IMG/VR virus record: IMGVR_UViG_3300045970_001152
Direction: 5' to 3' (one strand)
DNA length: 41,125 nt
From: a virus
The translations under genes and the position numbers were made by a program. Below, in pieces: positions 15,964-24,526 of this stretch. How positions within the stretch are numbered: position 1 is the stretch's first letter; every line of letters starts with the position of its first letter. Below the pieces are notes generated by a model that worked only from the letters and a program-made list of their open reading frames with translations, had not been told where the DNA came from and did no database searches.

Positions 15964-16832
15964 AGTCGGATTTCCTCTCCCTTGTCGTTGGTGACCTTCT
16001 TGTTCTTCATGGACATCTTCCCGCCGACCGTGCCCCAGATGGCTTTCTCGACTGCTCGAGACCGCGCTTCTTCCTTGCGGAGGTACGTCTCCTCCCAGGC
16101 GCCCATCCAGTGCTTCTTGGCCTTCTTGTTGAGCCACTTCCCGTAGAGGCGCTTGAGCTTCGTGATCTCCGGGAGGTTCTCGGAAGAGATGCGGGGCCAG
16201 ATGTCGAGCCAGATGCAGTCGAACTTCCGGTAGGGCTGGGGCTCCCAGATGCAGCTCGGGGTCCAGGTGAAAGCATCGTGGCAGCTCACCGCGAGCTTGT
16301 TGTTCTCCTCCTCGGCGAGCACCTTGCGGATGTGTGGGAGGACGAGGTCGATGACCTCCTGGCTCTTCTCCACCACCACGACCATCTTCACGCTCTTCTT
16401 GCGGAGGACGGGGATGAGGCTGGCGCCAAGGCCGAGACCCGCGATGAGGACGCGGCCGCGGGCGTTGTCCATCAGGGGCCGGCTGGAGTGGAGCTCGTAG
16501 GGAGCATCCGTCATCATGATCTCCCAGACGTTGTTCACCAGGACGTGGAGCCGGGTGTAGCGGCCGGGAGGGCAGACGCGGTCCGGACGCCCATTCACCG
16601 TGGCGGCCAGGTTCTCGAGCATGAGCTTACGGTCGTCCACCTTGGCTTCGACGTGCTCGATGGTGACGTTGTCGCTCTCGCCCTCCGGGATGACCTTGTG
16701 GAGGGTGCCGGCCATCTCGTGCTTGTTGTCGAGGAGCTTCTTGGCCACGCGGATCTGCGTGTTGATGTTCTCGTGCAACTTCTTCAGCTGCCGCATCTGA
16801 GCGGAGCTGAATCCGAGGTCTGCGTTCTTCAT
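15960..16832 (-). CDS. Class I SAM-dependent methyltransferase-like protein (Rossmann fold).
   Basis: 290 aa. Motif I-like RVLIAGLGLGASLIPVL, followed by acidic post-I and VVVVEKS strands. Substrate unknown. Confidence 0.6.
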   Translation of the reverse strand: MKNADLGFSSAQMRQLKKLHENINTQIRVAKKLLDNKHEMAGTLHKVIPEGESDNVTIEHVEAKVDDRKLMLENLAATVNGRPDRVCPPGRYTRLHVLVNNVWEIMMTDAPYELHSSRPLMDNARGRVLIAGLGLGASLIPVLRKKSVKMVVVVEKSQEVIDLVLPHIRKVLAEEENNKLAVSCHDAFTWTPSCIWEPQPYRKFDCIWLDIWPRISSENLPEITKLKRLYGKWLNKKAKKHWMGAWEETYLRKEEARSRAVEKAIWGTVGGKMSMKNKKVTNDKGEEIRL

Positions 16833-16845
16833 GTGGGGTAAGGGC

Positions 16846-17346
16846 CTATGTGCGCTTGCGCTTGAGTGGTTTTGCCGTGAGCCTCTTCGTCTTCTTTGGC
16901 TTCACGGCTTCGGGAGCTGCCGCGACCGGGCGCTCTCGTGCTGCACGAAGAAGGCGAGCCTCACCACGGAGGCGCTCCACCTTCTCTTTCTGCTTGTCGG
17001 CGTACTTCTGCGCGCGGGTGCGCTCCTTCTCCGTCGTGGCGTCGGCCAGCTTCTTCTCCTGCACCGAAGCCCAGTACTCGGCCGCCTTGGCCTGCTTCTC
17101 GAGGGACTCTGCGGTCACCTTCCCTCGGATCTTCCCCTTCCCCCACAGGGAGAGCAGGGAAGTGAACACCTTGCTCTCCGCGCGCTTCGCCAGGTCGTCC
17201 GCCACGATGGCAGATTCGGCATCGAGGATGCGGTCGATGGCCTCGAGGTGCCTGACCTCGAGGATGCTCTTGTCGGTACCGTACTCTTCCAGCATCGCGT
17301 GAATCTTCTGCTGGGAGTTGAGGTGGACCTCTTGTACTGGGGTCAT
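16846..17346 (-). CDS. Hypothetical protein with a highly basic C-terminal tail (KPKKTKRLTAKPLKRKRT).
   Basis: 166-aa ORF. ATGA-type junction with gene 17343..17669. Confidence 0.5.
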   Translation of the reverse strand: MTPVQEVHLNSQQKIHAMLEEYGTDKSILEVRHLEAIDRILDAESAIVADDLAKRAESKVFTSLLSLWGKGKIRGKVTAESLEKQAKAAEYWASVQEKKLADATTEKERTRAQKYADKQKEKVERLRGEARLLRAARERPVAAAPEAVKPKKTKRLTAKPLKRKRT

Positions 17347-17669
17347 CTCGTCTTCGACGACCGCTTGGGGTCGTACTTGGCCTGAAGACGCTCTACGTCG
17401 CCGTCGAGTGCCTTGAGCGTGGAGCGAACCCAGCTGCTGAGGCTTCCCTTCGTTTCGTCGTAGGACTCGAGGGCATCGACGAGAAGCTTGTTGGCGGCTT
17501 CCCGGATATCGCTCTCCCGGACGCCGCGCGCCCGGAAGTTGTACTGATTGATCTCGAGGTCGACGAGCGGCTTCAGCGCCAGCTTCAACATCTCAAGGGT
17601 GACGAGAAGATCCGGCTTCCTCTTCCACTCCATGAGCAGAGTACTCACTGCCTGATCGGATGCATCCAT
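17343..17669 (-). CDS. Sigma-70 region-2-like small protein (possible phage transcription factor).
   Basis: DIREAANKLLVDALESYDETKGSLSSWVRSTLKAL resembles the sigma region 2.1-2.3 consensus (..FDP.KG..FSTYA..WI). Only 108 aa, no region 4. Confidence 0.4.
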   Translation of the reverse strand: MDASDQAVSTLLMEWKRKPDLLVTLEMLKLALKPLVDLEINQYNFRARGVRESDIREAANKLLVDALESYDETKGSLSSWVRSTLKALDGDVERLQAKYDPKRSSKTR

Positions 17670-17673
17670 CTAC

Positions 17674-17946
17674 TCACCTGTTGCCCTTCTTCTGGGTAGA
17701 GATGTGTGGGCCCTTCCTGAACTTGATGTTGCTCTTCTCGACTTGCAGGTCAATCCCGAAAGAGTCTGCGACCTCTTCGAGGTACTGATAGTAGGCGGGG
17801 TCGTCGAGACAGGTTGCCTCCTTCCAGGCCCAGCGTATGTAGCCCGGATCATTCGTCGCAACCTGCTCGACAGTTTCCCCTTCGTGCTTGCGACCGCCGA
17901 ACGTCCAGTTCTCACTGCCGTCCTTCGGGCGCCGCAGGAGTGACAT
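17674..17946 (-). CDS. Hypothetical protein
   Basis: 90-aa ORF. The Arg-rich ORF in the other frame (17670..17984) is rejected. Confidence 0.45.
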   Translation of the reverse strand: MSLLRRPKDGSENWTFGGRKHEGETVEQVATNDPGYIRWAWKEATCLDDPAYYQYLEEVADSFGIDLQVEKSNIKFRKGPHISTQKKGNR

Positions 17947-17958
17947 TGTGATTCCTCT

Positions 17959-18231
17959 CTAGGCCTGTGGGTGCCTCGCCGCATAGCGGCCAGCCTTCAG
18001 GCCTTGTGTGTACAGATCGGCTTCGTCCTTCTTCAGGACGCGCCACTGGTGCTCGGGGTACTGCTCTCGCATGTTGCGGACGATGTCGTAGGCCTCGTCT
18101 TGCCCTTTGACCGGAGGGAGGTGTGGCCAGGTTCGCCAGATGCCACCCAACTCCTTCGACTGCACGACGTAGTAGAGGTTGTCTCGTATGAGTTTGAGCG
18201 CGGCCTCTAGCTTCAGCGGTTTCTTCTTCAT
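17959..18231 (-). CDS. Hypothetical protein (MKKKPLKLEAALKLIRDN...).
   Basis: Internal Met 34 of ORF 17959..18330, with GGAG upstream. Confidence 0.45.
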   Translation of the reverse strand: MKKKPLKLEAALKLIRDNLYYVVQSKELGGIWRTWPHLPPVKGQDEAYDIVRNMREQYPEHQWRVLKKDEADLYTQGLKAGRYAARHPQA

Positions 18232-18500
18232 CGCAGCTCCAGTGTTGCTGTCTCTCCTTGGTGCTATGATCCTCGTGAGCCTGACGCTGCACCTAGCAGT
18301 ACCCGGAAGGGCTCCGAAGAACCCTGACAATGCCTTCGGGCCTACGGGGCACGGAAGCGCCGGCGAACGAGGATGACGTGGTGTGGTAGCGGCTCAGAAC
18401 CTGGCACTACTGGCGGTCGGAAGATCGGTGAGAGATTGCGCCGCACCGACCGTCAGCACCCAGGTTTTGGGCGAAGGGCGAAGCTGAGCCCTCTACTCCC

Positions 18501-18944
18501 TTATGCCTCAACCCGGAGCTGATTCGCTGCGACGGAGTTGGCGGGGTTCTGGAACCACTGTGCCATGTGCAGGTCGTACCGGTACATGTGGTCGGCCATC
18601 CAGGCGGACATGAAGTTGCCCATCCTGACGATGAGGGGCTTGTTGTCTCCCTCGACCCTGTACTCGTCGGCCAGCTTGTTGAACGTGGCCGCCATCTGCT
18701 GGTGCTGTATCAGGTGCGCGAGGATGAGTGGGTAGCCGGTCCTTCGCATGGCGGCTTCCTCGTCCTGGAAGTGCTCGGTGACGAGGTAGCCCATCAGGTC
18801 GAGGTACTCGACGACGTGCTTGTGTGCCACGTCTCTACGCACCGCATCGACGAGTTTCTCTAGACCGGCCAGCAGCTGCTCATGCGCCTGGTCGATCTTG
18901 GGAACGCCTGTGCGGACTCGGTCTTCAAGAATGAAGATGGCCAT
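18501..18944 (-). CDS. Hemerythrin-like (HHE cation-binding) protein.
   Basis: 147 aa. IDQAHEQLLAGLEKL, EHFQDEEAAMRRTGYP, HLIQHQQMAATF and WMADHMYRYDLHMAQW reproduce the H...HxxxE...H...HxxxxD iron-ligand spacing of bacteriohemerythrins. Confidence 0.75.
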   Translation of the reverse strand: MAIFILEDRVRTGVPKIDQAHEQLLAGLEKLVDAVRRDVAHKHVVEYLDLMGYLVTEHFQDEEAAMRRTGYPLILAHLIQHQQMAATFNKLADEYRVEGDNKPLIVRMGNFMSAWMADHMYRYDLHMAQWFQNPANSVAANQLRVEA

Positions 18945-19046
18945 GGGAGGAGTCTAACCACTTTCGTTGTCGCTTGGGGAGGGTGTCTTGGGCCAGCTCC
19001 CCCTTGTACCGAAGTACACTAACAAGTTGACGTACATCCACGAGGT
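18945..19046. promoter_or_regulatory. Divergent intergenic region between the minus and plus gene blocks. Likely carries divergent promoters.
   Basis: 102 bp between the two start codons. Contains TTGACG...TATGGT, but the 13-nt spacing is suboptimal. Confidence 0.3.
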
Positions 19047-19370
19047 ATGGTTCCGTGCCACATGAGCGAGGTTCCATACGTCAGCACGTCCATCGCCCTC
19101 CAAGTCGCTGAGTGGGAACGTCGCTTCGAGCGGCTTCCTTCGAGCTCAGGGCTCCTCTTCGTCAGCATCACGCCCAAGCCCGGCATCGGTGGGTTCGTCC
19201 ATGAGTTCGACCTCCTCCTCGGCTTCAACAAAGAACTCGCAGACGTCGGGCTCTCCCTTGCGAAGCACGTCCTCGCAGAAGAGATCGAGAAGTTCGCCAT
19301 CAACGTCCGCGTCGCACGAGGCCTCGCCTGTGCCAGCGCTCGTTCAGGTTCTGGTGGCGATCCGGGTTAG
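19047..19370 (+). CDS. Hypothetical protein, first gene of the plus-strand block.
   Basis: 107-aa ORF with natural-looking composition. Overlaps ORF 19189..19539 in another frame, whose N-terminal two-thirds is a Ser-rich artefact. Confidence 0.4.
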   Translation: MVPCHMSEVPYVSTSIALQVAEWERRFERLPSSSGLLFVSITPKPGIGGFVHEFDLLLGFNKELADVGLSLAKHVLAEEIEKFAINVRVARGLACASARSGSGGDPG

Positions 19371-19374
19371 CAGG

Positions 19375-19539
19375 ATGACTGCGGTCGAGGCAGCCGCTCG
19401 CATGGGCGTCAGCCGGCAGCAGATCTGGAACATCGAGAACGCCATCCAAGGGCCGCCTTCCGTCACCACGTTGGAGCGCTACGCTCGAGCGGTGGGGGCC
19501 AAGGTGGTCGTGAAGCGCCTCTCTGCTCTTCCCCGTTGA
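19375..19539 (+). CDS. XRE-family helix-turn-helix regulator (Cro/CI-like).
   Basis: MTAVEAAARMGVSRQQIWNIENAIQGPPSVTTLERYARAVGAKVVVKRL is a typical HTH_XRE. Start uncertain: an in-frame GTG further upstream is possible. Confidence 0.5.
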   Translation: MTAVEAAARMGVSRQQIWNIENAIQGPPSVTTLERYARAVGAKVVVKRLSALPR

Positions 19540-19574
19540 CTCTTCCCATCGACGGGGGTACATCGTCTGTACAC

Positions 19575-19919
19575 ATGGCGGACTTCTTCAACGACGGTGG
19601 CCGCAACCCGCTCATCATTCCTGGGCAGGTGCAGCCTGCCGGCCCGACCTGCCCCCACTGCCACGTGGGCGGAGAGTGGACGGCTCGCAGGATTCAGGGC
19701 GTCGCTCACTTCACCTGCAAGAAGTGCAACGGGAAGTGGGAGGGCGGCCTTCCGCAGGAGCCGCAGGATCCCCGCGTGCCGCTGCCCACCACCAGCTACA
19801 TCCCCCCGGTCCGCATCGGCAAGGACTCCAAGGGACAGGACGTCGAGATCCGAAGGCGCATCGACACCCGCACCGACTTCAGAAAGGGCGGCTTGATACC
19901 GCCCGAAGGAGAAGAGTGA
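19575..19919 (+). CDS. Zinc-ribbon protein (CPHC...CKKC).
   Basis: Met 14 of ORF 19536..19919. A TTG start at 19536 is the alternative. Confidence 0.45.
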   Translation: MADFFNDGGRNPLIIPGQVQPAGPTCPHCHVGGEWTARRIQGVAHFTCKKCNGKWEGGLPQEPQDPRVPLPTTSYIPPVRIGKDSKGQDVEIRRRIDTRTDFRKGGLIPPEGEE

Positions 19920-20752
19920 TGGCAGAGAACGAAGGGCCTGTGGTCTTCGGTGGCAAGGAGCTCGACCCGGATCAGGAGGCGAAGTACAGGTCCCAGATCG
20001 CCGAGGCACGCAAGGGCGGGGTCTCCTCGCTGAAGGGTGGCGACCCGGTCGGCATCGCTCCCAAGGTCGCCATCCCGGTGGGTCAGCGCCCCGTCACTCG
20101 CGCGCCAGGGGAAGGCGTGACGCCGCGGCCTCCCGGCTCGCCGCTCCTCTCGCCAGAGACCGCGCAGCAGCTCCAGGACCTCGCGGCCGCTCAGGTGGCG
20201 CAGGCTGCCACCGCCAAGGTCGAGGAGAAGAAGGCCGAAGAGAAGAAGGTCGAGGAGAGCCTCTTCGATGCCTTCGACTTCGACGGCCGCAACGAGGCCG
20301 AGAAGGTCCTCAACAACAAGAAGCGCCGCAAGGAGATCGAGGATCGCTGCGAGCCCATGAAGCTCGAGGACCTCATCATGCGGGACGAGGTTCAGCAGGT
20401 GGTCCAGATCGTCCCGGGCAAGTTCGATGTCACCTACCGCTCGATGACCCCGGACGACAACCTCTACATCAAGCGGTACATCTCCAAGCACGACACCGGG
20501 CAGAGCGACCAGTACGTGCTGGAGAAGTTCGGCATGTGCCAGCTCACCTGCACGGTCGTCTCCATCAACGGTCGGGCGCTGCCCGAGTACCGCAAGGCTG
20601 ATGGAGACGTGGACGACGAGCTCTTCGAGAAGAAGCTGAAGATGCTCCTCAAGAAGAGCGCCTACGTCGTGGCCGACCTCGGCATCAACTACAGCTGGTT
20701 CGACATCAGGGTGAGGAAGCTCCTCAACCCGGACTCCTTGGGAAATGGCTAA
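19919..20752 (+). CDS. Hypothetical 277-aa protein with a Lys/Glu-rich linker.
   Basis: GAAGGAGAAG upstream. TGATG overlap with the previous gene. The Arg/His-rich N-extension of ORF 19676..20752 is rejected. Followed by two hairpins at 20765-20815. Confidence 0.65.
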   Translation: MAENEGPVVFGGKELDPDQEAKYRSQIAEARKGGVSSLKGGDPVGIAPKVAIPVGQRPVTRAPGEGVTPRPPGSPLLSPETAQQLQDLAAAQVAQAATAKVEEKKAEEKKVEESLFDAFDFDGRNEAEKVLNNKKRRKEIEDRCEPMKLEDLIMRDEVQQVVQIVPGKFDVTYRSMTPDDNLYIKRYISKHDTGQSDQYVLEKFGMCQLTCTVVSINGRALPEYRKADGDVDDELFEKKLKMLLKKSAYVVADLGINYSWFDIRVRKLLNPDSLGNG

Positions 20753-20823
20753 ACACCGCTGAGGGGTGGGCTAGGGCGAACGTCCTCTACGAGAAGACGA
20801 ATCGCCCTCCCAAGGCGGGGAGC

Positions 20824-21171
20824 TTGAAGGAAGCGCTCTTCTTGTCTGTCTGGCTCAGGCGGCAGGAAGCTCAGGTGTTCCAGGTGCGGATCCTCGCACA
20901 AGGACTCGCTGACCTTGCGACGAAGGAGAGTCACGTCGCAGAGATCTTCAAGGAGTACACCGAGAGCGTCTTCCCGTTCACGAAGGGCCAGCAGGACTCG
21001 AAGGATGCGGAGATGAAGGCCGTGATGAAGAGGGAGGTCGACAAGGGCATGCTCACCTTCCAGGCGCATCCGGTTTCGTTCCTCAGAAACAAGGCGCAAG
21101 AGATGCTCGAGCTTCCAGAAGACTTCAAGAAGAAGCTGGCCGCCAAGGCGGCCGCCAAGGGGAAGAAGTGA
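20824..21171 (+). CDS. Hypothetical protein
   Basis: 115-aa ORF contiguous with downstream genes. Confidence 0.5.
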   Translation: MKEALFLSVWLRRQEAQVFQVRILAQGLADLATKESHVAEIFKEYTESVFPFTKGQQDSKDAEMKAVMKREVDKGMLTFQAHPVSFLRNKAQEMLELPEDFKKKLAAKAAAKGKK

Positions 21172-21512
21172 TGAGAGTCGAGCTGACGGGCTTCTCGCAG
21201 GGAGTGTCCTTCGAGGAGAAGGGCGCGATGATCAACTACCTCGACTTCAGGAAGGACGATGGCTCCTCCTTCCGGATCCCGGTTCCCGAGGAGTCGATGC
21301 AGGTGCTGCTCAAAGAGGTCTACGAGAACGGCCAGACGAAGCAGGCCGCGCCGGCTCCTGAACCCGAGCCACTGCCGGAGGGTGCCGAGGAGTTCGGTGG
21401 CGACTTCGAGCCTGGCCAGGAGGAGCCTGAAGTGGCGCCAGAGGAAGAGCCAGAGGACCCGTACGTGGAGCAGGGAACCCCGGAGTCGGAGGACGACGTT
21501 CCGTCGATCTGA
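21168..21512 (+). CDS. Acidic Pro/Glu-rich hypothetical protein
   Basis: 114-aa ORF with ATGA overlap. Confidence 0.5.
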   Translation: MMRVELTGFSQGVSFEEKGAMINYLDFRKDDGSSFRIPVPEESMQVLLKEVYENGQTKQAAPAPEPEPLPEGAEEFGGDFEPGQEEPEVAPEEEPEDPYVEQGTPESEDDVPSI

Positions 21513-21514
21513 CC

Positions 21515-21949
21515 ATGTTCCTCATCACCATCTGCAACTCCTGCTACTCCCGCTTCGACGTGACCATCGCGCCGGAGACGAGTCACCTTCTCGCCCAGAT
21601 GGCGGACGAGGATGGGCTGGCGTCCTGCCCCCGCCACTGTGGTGGGAAGATCAACGTGACAGGAGACGTGACCATCACCAGCATCGCGCAGGAGCAGAAG
21701 GAACAGATCCACCTCACCACCGTAGAGCTCTACCGGGCCATCCACGGTGCCGGGCTCCCCGACGAGATTCCGCAGTCGGGTGAGTTGGTCGAGGCCCTGC
21801 TCAAGACGCACAAGGTGAAGGACGCTCTGGTCGAGGAGGTCGGGAACCGCGTCTTCGTCCACGAGCTTCGGCTGGAGAACGGCAGCACCATCCACCTCAC
21901 CGCCGGCGGCAGCGGCGCGCAGGTGCTGAAGGTCACGAGGGCAACATGA
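21515..21949 (+). CDS. Cys-containing hypothetical protein (CNSC...CPRHC).
   Basis: 144-aa ORF. Confidence 0.5.
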   Translation: MFLITICNSCYSRFDVTIAPETSHLLAQMADEDGLASCPRHCGGKINVTGDVTITSIAQEQKEQIHLTTVELYRAIHGAGLPDEIPQSGELVEALLKTHKVKDALVEEVGNRVFVHELRLENGSTIHLTAGGSGAQVLKVTRAT

Positions 21950-22284
21950 GCGCACTCGCAGAGCTGTCAGAGGCCGTCCTCCGCCTCGAGCACAAGATGG
22001 ATCTCCTCTTCCGCTCCCTCGGGCTTGGGGAAGGGATCTTCCCGCAGATGAACTTCATCGGGCTGAACTGCCCGGTGTGCAAGAAGACGGTCGAGTACCA
22101 AGTCGATGTCGTGAACCAGGTCGTGAAGCGCAAGTGCGGCTGCACTACGGGGAAGCAGCCTCCTCTCATCCCACTCACACCCGTGCCGCAAGGAGCAACC
22201 GATGGCAGATCCAATGGAGAGCCTGATCGATCAGGAGCAGTCGAGGTCAGCACCGAGGACCGTCCTCGCCGCCAAGGGCGTTGA
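21946..22284 (+). CDS. Zinc-ribbon hypothetical protein (CPVC...CGC). Its 3' end overlaps the next gene by 83 nt.
   Basis: 112-aa ORF with ATGA overlap upstream. Confidence 0.45.
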   Translation: MSALAELSEAVLRLEHKMDLLFRSLGLGEGIFPQMNFIGLNCPVCKKTVEYQVDVVNQVVKRKCGCTTGKQPPLIPLTPVPQGATDGRSNGEPDRSGAVEVSTEDRPRRQGR

Positions 22285-22474
22285 CATCGCCCTCATCACC
22301 TACGTCGACGAGCAGGGGACGCAGATCACCCAGCTCGCCGTGGTGGGCGACAACCGGGTCCACGTCCTCGACGGCAAGCCGATGGGCTTCAGCAAGGTGT
22401 CCACGCCGCAGGGCCTGGCCAACGACTGGCTGCGCGATGGCGTCTTCGCCAAGCTCGGGCGGAAGGTGAAGTAG
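22202..22474 (+). CDS. Hypothetical protein
   Basis: 90-aa ORF. AAGGAG lies 7 nt upstream of the ATG. Confidence 0.6.
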   Translation: MADPMESLIDQEQSRSAPRTVLAAKGVDIALITYVDEQGTQITQLAVVGDNRVHVLDGKPMGFSKVSTPQGLANDWLRDGVFAKLGRKVK

Positions 22475-22900
22475 ATGACGGCGAAGATCGCCAGCGAGAC
22501 GAAGCTCATCCCGCGCCGCGGCTGGGTCCTCGTTCTCTCCGACGCCAGGAAGATGTCGCTCGACTCGGGCATCTTCCTGCCACCCTCGGAGACGAAGGCC
22601 GAGAAGGTGACGGAGCAGGCGGGGCTCGTCATCCGCCTCGGCCCGCACGACCACCTCGACAAGATCGGGGTCGTCGAGGGCGACCGCATCGTCTACCGCG
22701 GCTTCATGAAGCACCACGTCCCCATCGAGACCGGCGAGTGCTGGCCGGACGGCTCCACCAAGGAGTTCTTCCTGATGGACGTGACGGACATCCTCGCGGT
22801 GGTGCCCGACGGTGTCGAAGTGGGCATCTACACCAGCCGTCCTTCGCAGCACGCGGTCGAGTCGGTGGACGCCGAGGGCAACGTGAAGATGAGGCGCTGA
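22475..22900 (+). CDS. GroES/Cpn10-like co-chaperonin (phage gp31-type).
   Basis: It aligns with E. coli GroES. KLIPRRGWVLVL matches NIRPLHDRVIVK. DSGIFLP matches SAGGIVL. GLVIRLGP matches GEVLAVGN. IGVVEGDRIVY matches VKVGDIVIF. FLMDVTDILAVV matches VLIMSESDILAIV. A 141-aa protein with a C-terminal extension. Confidence 0.7.
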   Translation: MTAKIASETKLIPRRGWVLVLSDARKMSLDSGIFLPPSETKAEKVTEQAGLVIRLGPHDHLDKIGVVEGDRIVYRGFMKHHVPIETGECWPDGSTKEFFLMDVTDILAVVPDGVEVGIYTSRPSQHAVESVDAEGNVKMRR

Positions 22901-23055
22901 TGGACGCCAGCATGTTCCGCGACGCGGAGAAGGGGCTGCTGACCATCTTCGTCATCGTCTTCCTGGTCGGTGGTGCCTGTGGGGCGGGCTGCCTGTACCT
23001 CTCGGGGAAGGCTGGCGGGTACCGCATCCACATCGAGAAGGTGGAGAAGAACTGA
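22900..23055 (+). CDS. Small single-TM membrane peptide
   Basis: 51-aa in-frame internal Met of ORF 22738..23055, with TGATG overlap. Confidence 0.4.
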   Translation: MDASMFRDAEKGLLTIFVIVFLVGGACGAGCLYLSGKAGGYRIHIEKVEKN

Positions 23056-23300
23056 TGGCGAACCCTCAGGGCAAGTTCAAGGTCAACTCGGTGACCGTGG
23101 TCATCGGGTACGAGACGCAGAACGGCATCGAGGAGGTCGTCCACCAGGTGGACGGCGTGAAGTGCGACATCCTCAGCGTGCAGCACGGCGTGGAGAGGAA
23201 GTCGCGAGCGGTGAAGGACCCGAAGGACGGAGCCATCCTCAACTACGAGCCGACCGGTGAGACGTTCCTCACCCTCAAGGTCAAGTACATCCAGGGGTAG
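23055..23300 (+). CDS. Hypothetical protein
   Basis: 81-aa ORF with ATGA overlap. Confidence 0.5.
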   Translation: MANPQGKFKVNSVTVVIGYETQNGIEEVVHQVDGVKCDILSVQHGVERKSRAVKDPKDGAILNYEPTGETFLTLKVKYIQG

Positions 23301-23302
23301 CC

Positions 23303-23521
23303 ATGACCGACACGCTGAAGGGGCCGGTGCTCAAGGTGCGGGGCCCGCAAGACAATCTGATCACCATCCACAAGGGAGGCACCGCACTCGTGTCCGTCTC
23401 CATGGATGGAGTGGTGACCTACGGGGAGGGCTACAACCCGGACGACGCGGCTCGCATCTTCTGGAGCAGCATCGCGGCCCGGCGGCCCACGTGCCCGCAC
23501 TGCGGGAAGGGGATCTCATGA
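23303..23521 (+). CDS. Hypothetical protein with a C-terminal CPHC motif.
   Basis: 72-aa ORF. Confidence 0.5.
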   Translation: MTDTLKGPVLKVRGPQDNLITIHKGGTALVSVSMDGVVTYGEGYNPDDAARIFWSSIAARRPTCPHCGKGIS

Positions 23522-23850
23522 CGGACGTCTACTTCGGCTCGGTCAAGAAGGTCTTCAAGGCGTTCTCCAGCAGCGATGGAGTCGACCTGCTCATGATCCC
23601 GGGGCAGGACTTCCCCTACGTCATCACGGAGATCATCCTCCGCACCGACGGCCTGCCTGCCGACGGAGTCATCTCGCTCTTCAAGGACAGCGGCAAGATG
23701 CTCGACATCGCCATCCCTGCCTCGCTGGAGCCCATCTACGTCGACGGGGACAAGTGGACGGTGGGGCACGAGGAGAGCGTGACTCTCTCGATCCCTGTCG
23801 GCTATGTCATCTCTGGCCGGCTCATGTTCGAGATCGTCGTCGACCGGTAG
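23518..23850 (+). CDS. Hypothetical protein
   Basis: Met 88 of ORF 23257..23850, with ATGA overlap. Confidence 0.5.
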   Translation: MTDVYFGSVKKVFKAFSSSDGVDLLMIPGQDFPYVITEIILRTDGLPADGVISLFKDSGKMLDIAIPASLEPIYVDGDKWTVGHEESVTLSIPVGYVISGRLMFEIVVDR

Positions 23851-23873
23851 CACCACAACTCAAGGAGAAGCAC

Positions 23874-24092
23874 ATGTCCATCGGAACCGAAGAGATCGAG
23901 AACTGGTTCAGCTACCACACGCCCACCGAGGTCGACGTCGTGGCCTACAAGCTGATCCGCGACAAGGCCAAGGAGCTGGCGAGGGTGATCGTCAACAACA
24001 CCCCGCCCAGCGCCGACCAGACGATGGCCATCCGCAAGCTGCGGGAGTGCGTGAACGTCGCCAACAGCTCAATCGCTTGTCAGGGGAAGTAG
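23874..24092 (+). CDS. Hypothetical protein
   Basis: AAGGAGAAG upstream of the internal Met of ORF 23754..24092. Confidence 0.55.
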   Translation: MSIGTEEIENWFSYHTPTEVDVVAYKLIRDKAKELARVIVNNTPPSADQTMAIRKLRECVNVANSSIACQGK

Positions 24093-24094
24093 CC

Positions 24095-24526
24095 ATGGCC
24101 TGGGTCGTCATCGGATACGACGAAGTCCTGATGCAGGACATGGGGGACGGCCAGGAGGTCGCCGTCGATGGCGCCCTGGAGGCCGTCAACTTCCTGCTCT
24201 CGCAGGGGCACCACATCACGGTGTGGACCGAGCGGTTCACGCCCATGCCTGACACCGAGAAGCAGCGCCTGAAGGAGCAGCTCGAGCAGGAGCTCCAGGC
24301 GCAGGGCTTCCCGCCGATGGAGGTCTGGACCGGTTCGACCAAGCCGGCCGCCGACGTCTTCATCGACAAGAAGGCGGTCACCTACGACGGCGACTGGAAT
24401 CTCGTCATCGCCCAGGTCGGGGTCATGCTCGAGGAGCGTGGCCTCGCCCCGGGCCCCCAGCCGGACGACGGCAGCATGGACGGCATCGAGTCGCCGCCGG
24501 CAGGAGAGGAGCCACCCATTGGCTGA
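24095..24526 (+). CDS. Possible second HAD-like hydrolase (weak).
   Basis: Start MAWVVIGYDEVL, then GHHITVWTER, then VFIDKKAVTYDGDW. These resemble HAD motifs I-III but are degenerate. Confidence 0.4.
   Translation: MAWVVIGYDEVLMQDMGDGQEVAVDGALEAVNFLLSQGHHITVWTERFTPMPDTEKQRLKEQLEQELQAQGFPPMEVWTGSTKPAADVFIDKKAVTYDGDWNLVIAQVGVMLEERGLAPGPQPDDGSMDGIESPPAGEEPPIG

Noticed and set aside
19796-20491. 231-aa minus ORF
   Set aside because: Antisense to the well-supported plus gene 19919..20752, with no RBS.
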